NCBI GenBank assembly: GCA_043720595.1
Contig: JAYSSK010000206.1
Span: 7,016 to 71,015, forward strand
Source of the DNA: Acidimicrobiia bacterium
Lineage (GTDB): Bacteria; Actinomycetota; Acidimicrobiia; Acidimicrobiales; JANYDT01
DNA: 64,000 nt
Direction: 5' to 3'
In this document: piece by piece, positions 1 to 9,812 of the stretch
How positions within the stretch are numbered: position 1 is the first letter of the stretch
How the letters are laid out: the number at the start of each line of letters is the position of its first letter
Translations under genes and position numbers: made by a program
The notes under the pieces: model-generated
What the model was told of the DNA's origin: nothing
What the model saw: the letters and a program-made list of their open reading frames with translations, nothing else
Databases searched by the model: none

Positions 1-2
1 TG

Positions 3-599
3 TACCAGGGAGGCATGGAAGTGCTGCTCGCACTTGTGCTCCCAATCCCTGTGCTGCTGTCGGTGGTTGGTCGAGCCGCGGTGACTTCCGTTTACGGACC
101 TTCGTACGCAAGTGCGTTCCGGCCGATGATGGCGCTCGCCATCGCCCTCGTCATGATCGTCGCGAACGTCTGGCAGGGGTTTGCCCTTGTGGCTGCGGGG
201 AACCAACGAGCGACGTTGTTCGCAGTCGGTCCAGCCATTGCAATCAACATTGCCATCGACGTGCCTCTGGTCATTCGGTATGGACCGCTCGGCGCAGCGC
301 TCGGCACGCTGGCAACTGCGGCGTTTCTGGTCACGTGTTCGTCGAGAGCGGTCACACGAATAACTGGCTGTCGCCTTGATCAGGCACGGCTGTTGCGTCT
401 GTCCGGGTGTGCGGTCGCACTGTGGGTCGTCGGCGCCGGGTTCCAAGCTGCCACTCAGAGTCACTGGTGGATCACCAGCGTGGTGGTGGGCAGCGCATGG
501 GTGCTGCTCCTCTGGTTGACAGGGTCTGTCCGCATGCCACTACAGGGTGATGGTGTTGGTCAAAGCGTTCGGTACGACGTTGGGTCCGGTGTGTCATGA
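3..599 (+). CDS. Polysaccharide flippase (Wzx/MATE-like), C-terminal part, truncated by the window edge
   Basis: Frame is open to the window start. Multiple TM helices and a typical Wzx C-terminal pattern (INIAIDVPLVIRYGPLGAALGT). First gene of a GT operon. Confidence 0.8.
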   Translation, partial: YQGGMEVLLALVLPIPVLLSVVGRAAVTSVYGPSYASAFRPMMALAIALVMIVANVWQGFALVAAGNQRATLFAVGPAIAINIAIDVPLVIRYGPLGAALGTLATAAFLVTCSSRAVTRITGCRLDQARLLRLSGCAVALWVVGAGFQAATQSHWWITSVVVGSAWVLLLWLTGSVRMPLQGDGVGQSVRYDVGSGVS

Positions 600-1708
600 G
601 CGCCTCAGTGAGCCAGAGCGACGGGCCGCCTGCAGGGCTGGACGCAGACCAAGCTAGGCACGCTTACGTTCCAGGGTTTTCGATTGTGATGCCCACATAC
701 AACCGATGCGACGTCGTTGATAGGACGATTCGCCAACTCCTTGCAGTTGACTATCCGGCGGATCGGTTTGAGATCATCGTTGTGGACAATTCAACGGACG
801 GAACACCGGCCATGGTGGCGCGGCACCATGCGGAGACGGCCGGAAGGGTTCGGCTGCTGTCGCTACCAGAACGGCTTCCCGCGATCAAACGCAATCGCGG
901 CCAGGACGAGGCATCGCACGAGTACGTGCTCTTCATCAACGACGACGTTTGGGTTGAACCTCAGTTCCTGGCGGAGCACGCGCGGAGTCACCTGTCCCAT
1001 CCAGAACCGGTAGCCGTCTTGGGATACGTCCGACAATCGGCGGAAATGGAGCAAACCCCATTCATTCGCCACTACCAACCGTTCGCCTATCACGAGTTAG
1101 CCGATCGAGCGGATGCGAAGGTTGGATGGCTCCACTTCTGGAGCATGAACCTGTCGATGCCTCGATCGACCATCCAGGAACGAAACCTTCGATTCCACGA
1201 GGACTGGGCCGAAATCGGCAACGAGGACGTCGAACTCGGGTACCGCTGGGTCAACCGCGCCGGATTACCCGCGGTCTATAACCCTCTGGCCTCCGGTGAA
1301 CACTTCCACCCCCACACGGTCGCGAGCGCTGGGGCTGTCCAAAGGTCCATCGGCAGAGGACTTCGCGACCTCACCCATTTGATCCCCGAGCGAACGCTTC
1401 TGGACCGGTACGGAGTTCTGTCGCTACGGAGTTCGCCACGTGGTCTCGCGCGAGGTGTCGTGCGGGAACTGCTCTTCAACCGGTACACGGTGCCACCGCT
1501 CACTCGATGGCTCGATGGGCTCCCGGCCGAATCAGACCAACGCATTGCTCGGTGGATGTACTGGAAAGTGTTGATGCACCACGTCAACGCCGGTTACCGC
1601 TCTGCGCCTGGCCGGACGCCGAGCCCGTTGCCGGTTCACCCGCCGCGCCATCCGGACTCGGACCCGATTGCAAGTACAACGATTGGCGCTGGACGAGCAG
1701 GAACATGA
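596..1708 (+). CDS. Glycosyltransferase family 2
   Basis: FSIVMPTYNR, EIIVVDNSTDGT, LFINDDV and EDVELGYR GT-A motifs. ATGA overlap with the flippase stop. Confidence 0.92.
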   Translation: MSASVSQSDGPPAGLDADQARHAYVPGFSIVMPTYNRCDVVDRTIRQLLAVDYPADRFEIIVVDNSTDGTPAMVARHHAETAGRVRLLSLPERLPAIKRNRGQDEASHEYVLFINDDVWVEPQFLAEHARSHLSHPEPVAVLGYVRQSAEMEQTPFIRHYQPFAYHELADRADAKVGWLHFWSMNLSMPRSTIQERNLRFHEDWAEIGNEDVELGYRWVNRAGLPAVYNPLASGEHFHPHTVASAGAVQRSIGRGLRDLTHLIPERTLLDRYGVLSLRSSPRGLARGVVRELLFNRYTVPPLTRWLDGLPAESDQRIARWMYWKVLMHHVNAGYRSAPGRTPSPLPVHPPRHPDSDPIASTTIGAGRAGT

Positions 1709-3246
1709 ATAGCTTCACCTCGTTACCCGAACAACAACCCACCCACGCAATGGTCAGCCGCGTGCGTCAAATCATGTTGGTGCTTGGTTCGGCCGGCGTG
1801 GCGTGGTTTGGTGCGTTGCTGGGATTGAAGTTCGTGGCAGCGCTCGCCGTCGCGGCGTGTTTCGTCAGTCTGCTCATCGTCACAAAACGACGCGACGAGG
1901 TCCTGCTCCTCACAGCCACTGTTTCCGTAGCGCTGGTGATTCGAAAATCGCTCGGGACTCTCACCTTCGTGCCGAGCGGAGCTGCCGGACTGTACGTGTC
2001 CAGCTTGGACTTGGTTGTCGTCATGATCTACGGGTTCTGGTTGTTTGAAGGAACGCTGTGGGCCGATCTCAAACGTCTGTGGACACGACGAGTGGTACAG
2101 GTCGTGATTTTGTGGCCAGTGTTCGTGTTGCCAAGTTTCGTGGTGGCAGGAAACGCAGGCCTGGCCTTTGCCGAACTGGTCCGCATGGCGTCGTGCACGG
2201 CTTTGTTCATTGCGTTCGCAGCCAGAGTTCGCACTCGACGCCACGTCCAGATCGTTCTTCTCACGCTTGCTGCTGTGGGGGTGGTCGAATGCATGATTGT
2301 GGTCGCGCAAAAGGCTACGCGAGGCCCACTGGGGCTTTCGTTCCTCGGGACACCGACGACCATGGTCGCAGGCCGCGTCACCGAGGCGGGCGTACTCGAC
2401 CGGCCATTCGGCACGATCAATCACCCGGTATTCATGGGAGCGGTACTCGCCCAGATCGGCCTGCTTGCTTTTGCCGTCACACTCGGCCTCCGCAATCCAC
2501 GTCATCGCCTGCTGGGCCTCGGAGTAGCTGGCGCTTGTGGGCTGCCGCTCGTGTTGTCCCAGACACGCGCCGCAGCACTTGGCGTAGGTGTCATTGCACC
2601 GCTGTTGGTGCTCTGGGCGTTGGCGACCAAGCGATTGGAGCCGCGGCTTGCTGCAGTGTGGGTGGCGGGAGTCGTGGCCTTGCTCGTCGTATCGCTTCCG
2701 ATAACGGTGCCGCTCTACAACGACAACTTTCAAACCGACCACTTCGGAGTCGAGGTCGAATCGAGGACACAACTCAACTCGCTCGCCATCGAAATGTGGG
2801 GCGATTCGCCGCTACTCGGCGTCGGCTTGAACAACTTTCAACCGGCCTCGCAGCGGTATCAAGACCCATCATTGATCTTTGCCGGAAACCCGGTGCACAA
2901 CGTGTACCTGCTGCAACTCTCCGAAACAGGGATCATCGGCACGGGGGGGTTCCTCGCCGCAATGGTTGCCGTGGTGATACTCGCACTCCGACTTTCGCGA
3001 AGCAGTGACCGCTTGTACAGCGCTTTGGGTGCCGGTCTGGTCGCAGTCATTGGTTTCTTCGCGATCGAAGAGATGCTTCTGTTCGCGCTCCGGCAGGAAT
3101 CCCCGCGAACGCTCTTCTGGATGCTCGCGGGCCTCGGAGTGGCGACCGATGGAATCGCACAGCGCGCCTCCACGGAGCGCGTGCCTGCCGTGACGTCTGC
3201 TCCTGTGGACATACCCGTCAGTTCTGGTCTACCGGTGTCGATGTGA
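1705..3246 (+). CDS. O-antigen ligase/Wzy_C family integral membrane protein (polymerase, ligase or O-oligosaccharyltransferase)
   Basis: Many TM segments; RPFGTINHP, LSQTRAA, PLLGVGLNNF and PVHNVYLLQLSETGIIG motifs. Start placed at ATG 1705 (ATGA overlap with the GT2 stop) rather than ORF-track 1507. Confidence 0.85.
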   Translation: MNSFTSLPEQQPTHAMVSRVRQIMLVLGSAGVAWFGALLGLKFVAALAVAACFVSLLIVTKRRDEVLLLTATVSVALVIRKSLGTLTFVPSGAAGLYVSSLDLVVVMIYGFWLFEGTLWADLKRLWTRRVVQVVILWPVFVLPSFVVAGNAGLAFAELVRMASCTALFIAFAARVRTRRHVQIVLLTLAAVGVVECMIVVAQKATRGPLGLSFLGTPTTMVAGRVTEAGVLDRPFGTINHPVFMGAVLAQIGLLAFAVTLGLRNPRHRLLGLGVAGACGLPLVLSQTRAAALGVGVIAPLLVLWALATKRLEPRLAAVWVAGVVALLVVSLPITVPLYNDNFQTDHFGVEVESRTQLNSLAIEMWGDSPLLGVGLNNFQPASQRYQDPSLIFAGNPVHNVYLLQLSETGIIGTGGFLAAMVAVVILALRLSRSSDRLYSALGAGLVAVIGFFAIEEMLLFALRQESPRTLFWMLAGLGVATDGIAQRASTERVPAVTSAPVDIPVSSGLPVSM

Positions 3247-5417
3247 AACGGGGTCGAGCCCGATGCGCGCGTATCGTATGTGCACATGTCGTCCTTTCTC
3301 TGCTTCTGACAAATCGGGCAGTCGCTACCGTCCAGCCCGCTCAACCGGTGCCGGCGACGGTCCAGGCCTCCACAACCGAGGACTTGGACATACTGCTGGG
3401 TGGCGCCGAACGCTCAACCGGGCGTCACCGAGTCTTTCGGGTCGTCGATGGCCGACCCGTACCGATCTCGCCACCAGGAGAGTTGGACTTCTTCTGGCCC
3501 GCTTGGGCATTCGGAGGCACCAAGATCGTGTTGTCCGCTCGGACCGGAGCGGAGGGTTCTCCCGAACAGATCTATTTGATGAACCCAGACGGCACAGGTT
3601 TGGAACAACTGACCGCAAATCCGTGGCGCAATCAGCAGCCCAAAGTGTCGCCGGATGGCCGCTCTGTAGTTTTCACATCGTCCTGGTCCGAGTTCGAACA
3701 CATCGCGCTGTATCGCTTGGACCTTTCTTCACTTGAGGTCACCAATCTGTCGGCCAAGACGAACCGCGTGGGAGCGTTCGACGCCGACCCACGGTTCGCG
3801 CTCGGCGGAACACGAATCGTTTTCGCCAACACCATCCGCGACGACCTGGTGAAGACCGTCCCGACACAGATCGATTCCATGGCGCTTGACGGATCCAACC
3901 GGCGTCACCTCGTTACCGATGCCGCGTACAACGTGGACCCCGCTCTGTCACCCAATGGCCAGCTGTTGACGTACAGCTCGTATCGGGGGAAGGGAAACCC
4001 GCGCAGCGACATCGCCGGGGGTGTCGAGGTGAAACTCGACAAATGGTTCCTCCCGATCCGTAACGTGCGCACTGGCAAAGAGGTGTTGGCCAACAAAGCG
4101 ATGAACTGCGCAGTGCGGGCGCCGGAGGATGCGTGCTCGGCCGACCTTCCATCTGCGTTCAATCCGGTGTGGCGTCCCGACGGAACCGGGCTCGGATACC
4201 TCGCAGCGTTGAGCTCGCGCACGATGTGTTTGTGTGTCGTCGACGCTGATGGAAAGCGAGCCCGTGTGCTCGTACCGACTGACGACATTGCGTTGACGTG
4301 GGCCGATTGGAAGGACTTGTCGGCAGCGCCGTCGTCCGCCGTGGTTTCCCAGCTCAAAGCCATCGGAACTCAACGAAGTACGGACCGCCTGCTGTTTGTC
4401 GCCGCGCGTGGATCCGGGCCTGGATCCATCTGGACATCGTCCGTCGACCGTTGGGGTGAAACCGCCGTGCCGCTACCAAACGGCTTCGACGTACAGACCG
4501 CGCGTTGGAGCGCTGACCGCCGCCGAATCGTCTTCGCCGCCCGGGCGCCGCTCACAATGATCGAACTTGGATTCACGCCGCGAACTGGTCCGAGGCGCAT
4601 CAGGCACTTCCCATCCACAGTTCTCGGTGTCGACATCGTCGACGTTGATCCCACATTGCAGGTCTTCATGGTGAACACCGACGGAACCGGGCTGCAGCGA
4701 TTGACAACGCCGACCATCGAAGACTGGCGCGACGCAGTACCTGACGGTGAATTGCGGTCGAACACCGACCCTGACCTTTCCCCCGATGGTACGAGGGTGC
4801 TCGTGACAAACCAGTCGCCTACCGGCGAATCGTTTCTCCTCTCGATCGATCTCCGAGACGGCACGATCGTCAATTTGACCAACGCAACGTCCGGAACGCA
4901 AGCCGTCACCGACACCACGGGTCGATACTCGCCCGACGGTAAATTGATCGCCTTCTCGAGCAACCTCGGTGCCGATCGGCAGATCATGACAATGGCCGCT
5001 GACGGCACCCGCGTGCGGGCATTGACGGACATCGCCGGAATCACCGCAAGCCCAGCGTGGTCGTCCGATGGCCGCCGCGTCGCGTTCGCGATGAACCTCT
5101 CGCCGGAGCCTCTTGGTGCGAAGGGAAGGCGGGCCGCTCAACCCGGCCTTGACTTGGCGCAGGCAGACCTCGCAGGCGTAGGCAGGTGGCAAGTGGCGAG
5201 CGTCGACGTTGCGACCCGCCGAACTCGCACATTGACCACACCCGACCCTGCTGGTGCGTTCTTGCCGACCTGGTCTCGTGATGGGCGGAACGTTTTGTAC
5301 ACCTCGTTGACGTCGCAGGGCAACACCGACCTACGCATCGTGGACACCACCTCGCTCGTTCAGCGACCACTCCAAATCACACAGCAGATGCGGGAGGTGT
5401 CAAGTGACTGGCGATGA
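3243..5417 (+). CDS. Secreted TolB-like (PD40 repeat) beta-propeller protein, probably two propellers
   Basis: Repeated P-x-(W/L/V/Y)-S-P-D-G blades (PKVSPDG, PALSPNG, PDLSPDG, YSPDG, PAWSSDG, PTWSRDG), IYLMNPDGTGLEQLT, N-terminal signal-like segment. GTGA overlap. Confidence 0.85.
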   Translation: MKRGRARCARIVCAHVVLSLLLTNRAVATVQPAQPVPATVQASTTEDLDILLGGAERSTGRHRVFRVVDGRPVPISPPGELDFFWPAWAFGGTKIVLSARTGAEGSPEQIYLMNPDGTGLEQLTANPWRNQQPKVSPDGRSVVFTSSWSEFEHIALYRLDLSSLEVTNLSAKTNRVGAFDADPRFALGGTRIVFANTIRDDLVKTVPTQIDSMALDGSNRRHLVTDAAYNVDPALSPNGQLLTYSSYRGKGNPRSDIAGGVEVKLDKWFLPIRNVRTGKEVLANKAMNCAVRAPEDACSADLPSAFNPVWRPDGTGLGYLAALSSRTMCLCVVDADGKRARVLVPTDDIALTWADWKDLSAAPSSAVVSQLKAIGTQRSTDRLLFVAARGSGPGSIWTSSVDRWGETAVPLPNGFDVQTARWSADRRRIVFAARAPLTMIELGFTPRTGPRRIRHFPSTVLGVDIVDVDPTLQVFMVNTDGTGLQRLTTPTIEDWRDAVPDGELRSNTDPDLSPDGTRVLVTNQSPTGESFLLSIDLRDGTIVNLTNATSGTQAVTDTTGRYSPDGKLIAFSSNLGADRQIMTMAADGTRVRALTDIAGITASPAWSSDGRRVAFAMNLSPEPLGAKGRRAAQPGLDLAQADLAGVGRWQVASVDVATRRTRTLTTPDPAGAFLPTWSRDGRNVLYTSLTSQGNTDLRIVDTTSLVQRPLQITQQMREVSSDWR

Positions 5418-6492
5418 CCAACCTCAGGACCCCACGCGGGTCCTCATTGAATACCCGGCCGCAAGCCACATCGACAATGGGACTCGGCCGCTCCCTCTGC
5501 TCAGCGTTGTCATCGTGAGTTGGAACACAGCTGACTTGCTTGACCAGTGCTTGCGCAGCATCGCAAAAGAGGTCGGCGACACCACCCACGAAGTCATCGT
5601 GGTGGACAACGGTTCCGACGATGGGAGCGCCGACTTGGTGCGTCGCTTGTGGCCGAACACCATTCTGATCGTCAACGAGTCCAACCAGGGCTATCAACGG
5701 GCCAACAACCGAGGAATGGCAGCGGCCCGCGGAGAACGACTGTTGCTCCTCAACGCTGACGCGTGCTTGCTTCCAGGATCGCTCACGATCTTGATGAGCA
5801 ACCTCGATCGAGACAACACCATCGGTGTCGTTGCGCCGAGATTGGTCTATCCCGATGGCAGTTGGCAGCGTTGGACAGCAGGCCGCGAGCCAAGTCTGGT
5901 CGGTGCGTTCGCATTCTTCCTCTTTCTCGAACGCATCTCGCGACGCTTTGCTGATTGTTCGTTGTGGCTGTACTCGGACACCGCCGAGGCGTTCAGTCCT
6001 GATTGGGTTTCAAGCGCTTGTCTGATGCTGCGCAGGGACACCCTCGCAGACACCGGACCGATGAACGAACGGTTCTTCGCATACATGGATGACGTTGATC
6101 TGTGTCGCCTTGCACGTAGTGCGGGTTGGACCGTCCGATATGACCCGGCTGCCACGGTGATGCACGTGATGGGCGCCGGAACTCGGCGGCGGACCGGTGC
6201 CGCCTCGCCGCTCGCGCTCCGCACGTTCAACCAGTACTTCGCCAGCCTTCACAGCGCCCCCCAGACGGCACTTCTCAAAGCCGTCGAGGCAATTGGTTTC
6301 GCTGCCCGCGTAGTCGCGCACGTCGCCCTCCTCGTGGCCGACCCGATTCACCATCGCAAGGCGATTCGGACGCAGTGGCGAAACACGGTGATCGCGCTCG
6401 AACGAATGAAGACACTTCCCGCCGCGCCGACGCACACAACACCGACGCACACAACACCGAGGCACACACCACAACCCAAAGGAGCACCATGA
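5404..6492 (+). CDS. Glycosyltransferase family 2 (WbbL/rhamnosyltransferase-like)
   Basis: LSVVIVSWNT, VVDNGSDDGS, LLLNADA, WVSSACLMLR and FFAYMDDVDLC motifs. Confidence 0.9.
   Translation: MTGDDQPQDPTRVLIEYPAASHIDNGTRPLPLLSVVIVSWNTADLLDQCLRSIAKEVGDTTHEVIVVDNGSDDGSADLVRRLWPNTILIVNESNQGYQRANNRGMAAARGERLLLLNADACLLPGSLTILMSNLDRDNTIGVVAPRLVYPDGSWQRWTAGREPSLVGAFAFFLFLERISRRFADCSLWLYSDTAEAFSPDWVSSACLMLRRDTLADTGPMNERFFAYMDDVDLCRLARSAGWTVRYDPAATVMHVMGAGTRRRTGAASPLALRTFNQYFASLHSAPQTALLKAVEAIGFAARVVAHVALLVADPIHHRKAIRTQWRNTVIALERMKTLPAAPTHTTPTHTTPRHTPQPKGAP
6427..6471 (+). repeat. 15-bp tandem repeat x3 (CCGACGCACACAACA, third copy degenerate) encoding PTHTT-like units
   Basis: Read directly at the 3' end of the GT2 CDS. 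Confidence 0.85.
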
Positions 6493-7430
6493 ACGTACTC
6501 GTCACCGGCGCAGGAGGCATGCTCGGAAGCGCGCTCGTACCGGCCTTCGTAGAAGCCGGCTACCACGTGATCGCCACCGACTGTGACGTGGCCACCGGCC
6601 CTGTATGGGGGAGGAACGGCCCACCGCTCTTTTACCTGGACGTCCGAGACCACGTCGCGGTCAAAGAAGCAGTGAAGTCGATCCGCCCCACATTCGTTGC
6701 ACACCTAGCGGCAGAAACGGACCTCGAACGATCCGATGCCGATCCTGTCGGGACCCGGGAGACCAACACGGCTTCGACCAGGCACATCGCGGAGGTGTGC
6801 AACGACGCAGGCTCGACGTTGATCTATATCAGCACTGCTGGTGTGTTCGACGGGACGAAGGACGATGCGTATACCGAGGCCGACGCACCGAACCCCATCA
6901 ACACATACGGAGCGACAAAGTTCGAAGGAGAGGTAGCCGTTCGCGAAACCATCGCTGCACATTTCATCGTGCGCGCCGGATGGATGGTGGGCGGAGGGCC
7001 GGGAAAGGATCACAAGTTCGTTGCCAAAATGATCGATCAGATACGAGCTGGTCGAAACACCATTCACGCTGTCGGCGACAAACTCGGAACTCCTACGTAT
7101 ACATTCGACTTTGCCCGCACTCTGCTCGCGCTGATCCACAGCGACAAATTCGGTTTGTACCACATGGCATGCGAGGGAGAAGGCAGTCGATACGACGTCG
7201 CGAAACACATTCTGCAGACACTCGGCCTCGATGATTCGACGAAGCTCATCGAGGTCGGTTCAGAGTTCTTCGCGCACGAATACACCTCCTTGCGGCCCCG
7301 CTCAGAGATCATGCGCAACGACGCTCTCGATCGGATCGGAATGAACATGATGCGCCCATGGCGCGAGGCCATCTCGGACTATCTGTGGCTCAACTTTGCC
7401 GACATGCAACGGGTTCGCCGGTCTGCTTGA
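6489..7430 (+). CDS. rfbD: dTDP-4-dehydrorhamnose reductase (RmlD)-like extended SDR
   Basis: MNVLVTGAGGMLG Rossmann motif, PNPINTYGATK (YxxxK), DKLGTPTY, GLYHM. ATGA overlap and GGAG SD at 6481. Confidence 0.8.
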   Translation: MNVLVTGAGGMLGSALVPAFVEAGYHVIATDCDVATGPVWGRNGPPLFYLDVRDHVAVKEAVKSIRPTFVAHLAAETDLERSDADPVGTRETNTASTRHIAEVCNDAGSTLIYISTAGVFDGTKDDAYTEADAPNPINTYGATKFEGEVAVRETIAAHFIVRAGWMVGGGPGKDHKFVAKMIDQIRAGRNTIHAVGDKLGTPTYTFDFARTLLALIHSDKFGLYHMACEGEGSRYDVAKHILQTLGLDDSTKLIEVGSEFFAHEYTSLRPRSEIMRNDALDRIGMNMMRPWREAISDYLWLNFADMQRVRRSA

Positions 7431-7534
7431 CCTGATTCCCTTCTCGACGCCCGAATGCGCCGACCAGACCTCCCCACCCACACGAGTCCGAAGCACCAGA
7501 CGCCACCGGCACGACTTACCTAGGAGCATCCGCG

Positions 7535-8644
7535 ATGAACATCTCCCCCCTTTCGACCATCAACTCGCCAGACCCCACGTCGCAGGACGACGCACCATCC
7601 GACACGGCAATTGACCTGCGGCGCGTCGCTGTCGTCATTCCGATGCCCAACGACCCGGACTGGGCACTGTTCGATGACCTCTCGCAAGACATCACCGTTA
7701 TCGTTCCCGACGACAGCGATGGGCACCTGACACCACCCGATAGGGCGAACGTTCTGTTCTACGACTACGACGCCCAGCGCGAGGTCATGGGGAAGAACTG
7801 GGACGCCATCCCACACAAGAGCGCTGCGTGTCGCAACTTCGGACACGTGCTCGCCTATCGCGAGGGATACGACGTGATCATTGCGTTGGACTATGACTGC
7901 CGTGTGCGACCGGGCTGGCTCCAAACCCATCTGGAGTCGCTCACCACCGTGGTTGACGCTCCGGCTCTCAAAGGGGAGTGGATCAACTCCATCACGGCAA
8001 AAGGCTTCTACGCCCGCGGATACCCCTACGAGTGGCGCACCCCGGACCGATCTCGCGTGGAGGAAACCTTCGCCTCTGGCCCCGTGAAGATCAACATGGG
8101 AGTCTGGGACAACGTCTTGGACCTGAACGGGGTCGACAAGCTGCCTAGCGAGCCTCCGTACGACCCTGGGCTGTACGGCGAAGAAAACCGCATCGCTCTC
8201 GGCAACATCCCGGTGTGCGGGATGAACACATCGTTCACGGCAGACTTGACGCCCGCATACTTCTTCCTCCCAGATGTGTGGGTGGATGGCTGGCAGCTCA
8301 GCCGCCATGACGACATCTGGGGTGGTTATGTCCTGAAGAAGTTGATGGACCTCCGAGGTGATCTGTTTTCGTTCGGTCGTCCGATCGTGGAGCACACCAA
8401 GCAAACTCGCCTCGAGCGGGTAGTGATGTTGGAGCAGTGGATGCATTTGATGGCGGAAGGTTTCTTCCAATGCGTCGATGCGGCCGTGAGCCGAGTGCGA
8501 CCGGGCGACTACGCGACAATGTTCGCCTCCTTCACCGACGAGTTCCTCGTCGAGGCGTCAAGGAGCCCCCGACCAACGCATTACAGGGGCGTCTACCGAG
8601 AATTGGGCGAGTCGATGCAGCGGTGGGCCCGGTGCTTCGAATGA
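7535..8644 (+). CDS. Reversibly glycosylated polypeptide / UDP-arabinopyranose mutase (GT75)-like protein
   Basis: Collinear match to plant RGP/UAM motifs: KSAACRNFG, ALDYDC, RGYPYEWR, GVWDNVLD, PVCGMNTSF, SRHDDIWGG, GRPIVEHTK. AGGAG SD. Confidence 0.8.
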   Translation: MNISPLSTINSPDPTSQDDAPSDTAIDLRRVAVVIPMPNDPDWALFDDLSQDITVIVPDDSDGHLTPPDRANVLFYDYDAQREVMGKNWDAIPHKSAACRNFGHVLAYREGYDVIIALDYDCRVRPGWLQTHLESLTTVVDAPALKGEWINSITAKGFYARGYPYEWRTPDRSRVEETFASGPVKINMGVWDNVLDLNGVDKLPSEPPYDPGLYGEENRIALGNIPVCGMNTSFTADLTPAYFFLPDVWVDGWQLSRHDDIWGGYVLKKLMDLRGDLFSFGRPIVEHTKQTRLERVVMLEQWMHLMAEGFFQCVDAAVSRVRPGDYATMFASFTDEFLVEASRSPRPTHYRGVYRELGESMQRWARCFE

Positions 8645-8654
8645 GGCGACAGAC

Positions 8655-9812
8655 ATGAAGGTGATGATCGACTGCGCTGCGCTTGGGTCGGGCCTCGGCG
8701 GAGACGAAACCTGGCTAACCGGTCTCATCGAGGGCCTTGCCGCTGTCACGGACACAACGACCACCGACTGTTATCCGCTGCTGGTCGATTCGGCGGAACG
8801 CGTTCCACACGCAGCGAGAGGTCAGCAGTGCTTTCCATTGGTTCCCGTCCGTCGACACCGAGGTCTCCGCCACTTCACGTTTGACCTTCGTCCCGCAACG
8901 AAACATCCCCAGCACGCAGACCTTCTGATGACCATCACGCACGCGCCGATGCGACCCCACGTCCCGTCGGCCCTCGTCATCGGCGACCTTTCGTTTCGAC
9001 ATCTTCCGCAGCTGTACCCCAGCCCGGTGCGTCAGCGATTGAATTGGCTCGTACCACAGCAAGCGAGACAGGCCCAGGTCGTGCTTACCCCAAGCGAATA
9101 TTCTCGCCAGGATCTGATCGAGTCATACAACCTTGACCCTGAACGGGTCTATGTCGTGCCGAATCGTGTAACCCTCCACGACCCTCGCGACGTCGCCGAC
9201 CACGAGAACGCGGCCAATATAGTATGGGCACGAACGAATGGCATTGACCGGCCGTTCCTGCTGTATCTGGGAAACGTGCACCCGCGCAAAAACTTGGGTC
9301 GCCTGGTCGAGGCATTCTTGATCGCTCGACAAAGGCCCGAGATGCATGACGCAGTTCTCGTGATTGCTGGAGCACGTTGGTGGGAATCCCCAGAAGGGCA
9401 GGCGTCCATGTCAGCAGCCCCAACCGGCTCTGTCATCGAAGTCGGTCGGGTGACCGACAGCATCCGTCATTGGCTTCTCGGAAATGCAGTTGCACTGGCG
9501 TATCCGTCATTGTTCGAAGGGTTCGGACTACCGCCTCTTGAAGCAATGGCCCATGGCACACCGGTCCTCGCTTCCAATTGCACATCGCTGCCCGAAGTGC
9601 TCGGCGACGGAGCGTTGTTGGTCGACCCCTACGACGTGGAGTCCATCGCGGTTGGGCTGACATCGTTGTGGACCGACTCGGGCCTGCGCAGATCGCTACG
9701 CGCCGCTGGTCAGCAACGTGCCGCACAGTTTGATTGCAGCCGAGTCGGTCGTGCTGCTGTCACAGCGTTTCGTTCGTCTGTGGGTCCAGAACGTATTGGG
9801 ATCGCGTCGTGA
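8655..9812 (+). CDS. Glycosyltransferase family 4 (GT-B)
   Basis: [34 protein letters not shown] and SLPEVLGD motifs. Confidence 0.93.
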   Translation: MKVMIDCAALGSGLGGDETWLTGLIEGLAAVTDTTTTDCYPLLVDSAERVPHAARGQQCFPLVPVRRHRGLRHFTFDLRPATKHPQHADLLMTITHAPMRPHVPSALVIGDLSFRHLPQLYPSPVRQRLNWLVPQQARQAQVVLTPSEYSRQDLIESYNLDPERVYVVPNRVTLHDPRDVADHENAANIVWARTNGIDRPFLLYLGNVHPRKNLGRLVEAFLIARQRPEMHDAVLVIAGARWWESPEGQASMSAAPTGSVIEVGRVTDSIRHWLLGNAVALAYPSLFEGFGLPPLEAMAHGTPVLASNCTSLPEVLGDGALLVDPYDVESIAVGLTSLWTDSGLRRSLRAAGQQRAAQFDCSRVGRAAVTAFRSSVGPERIGIAS

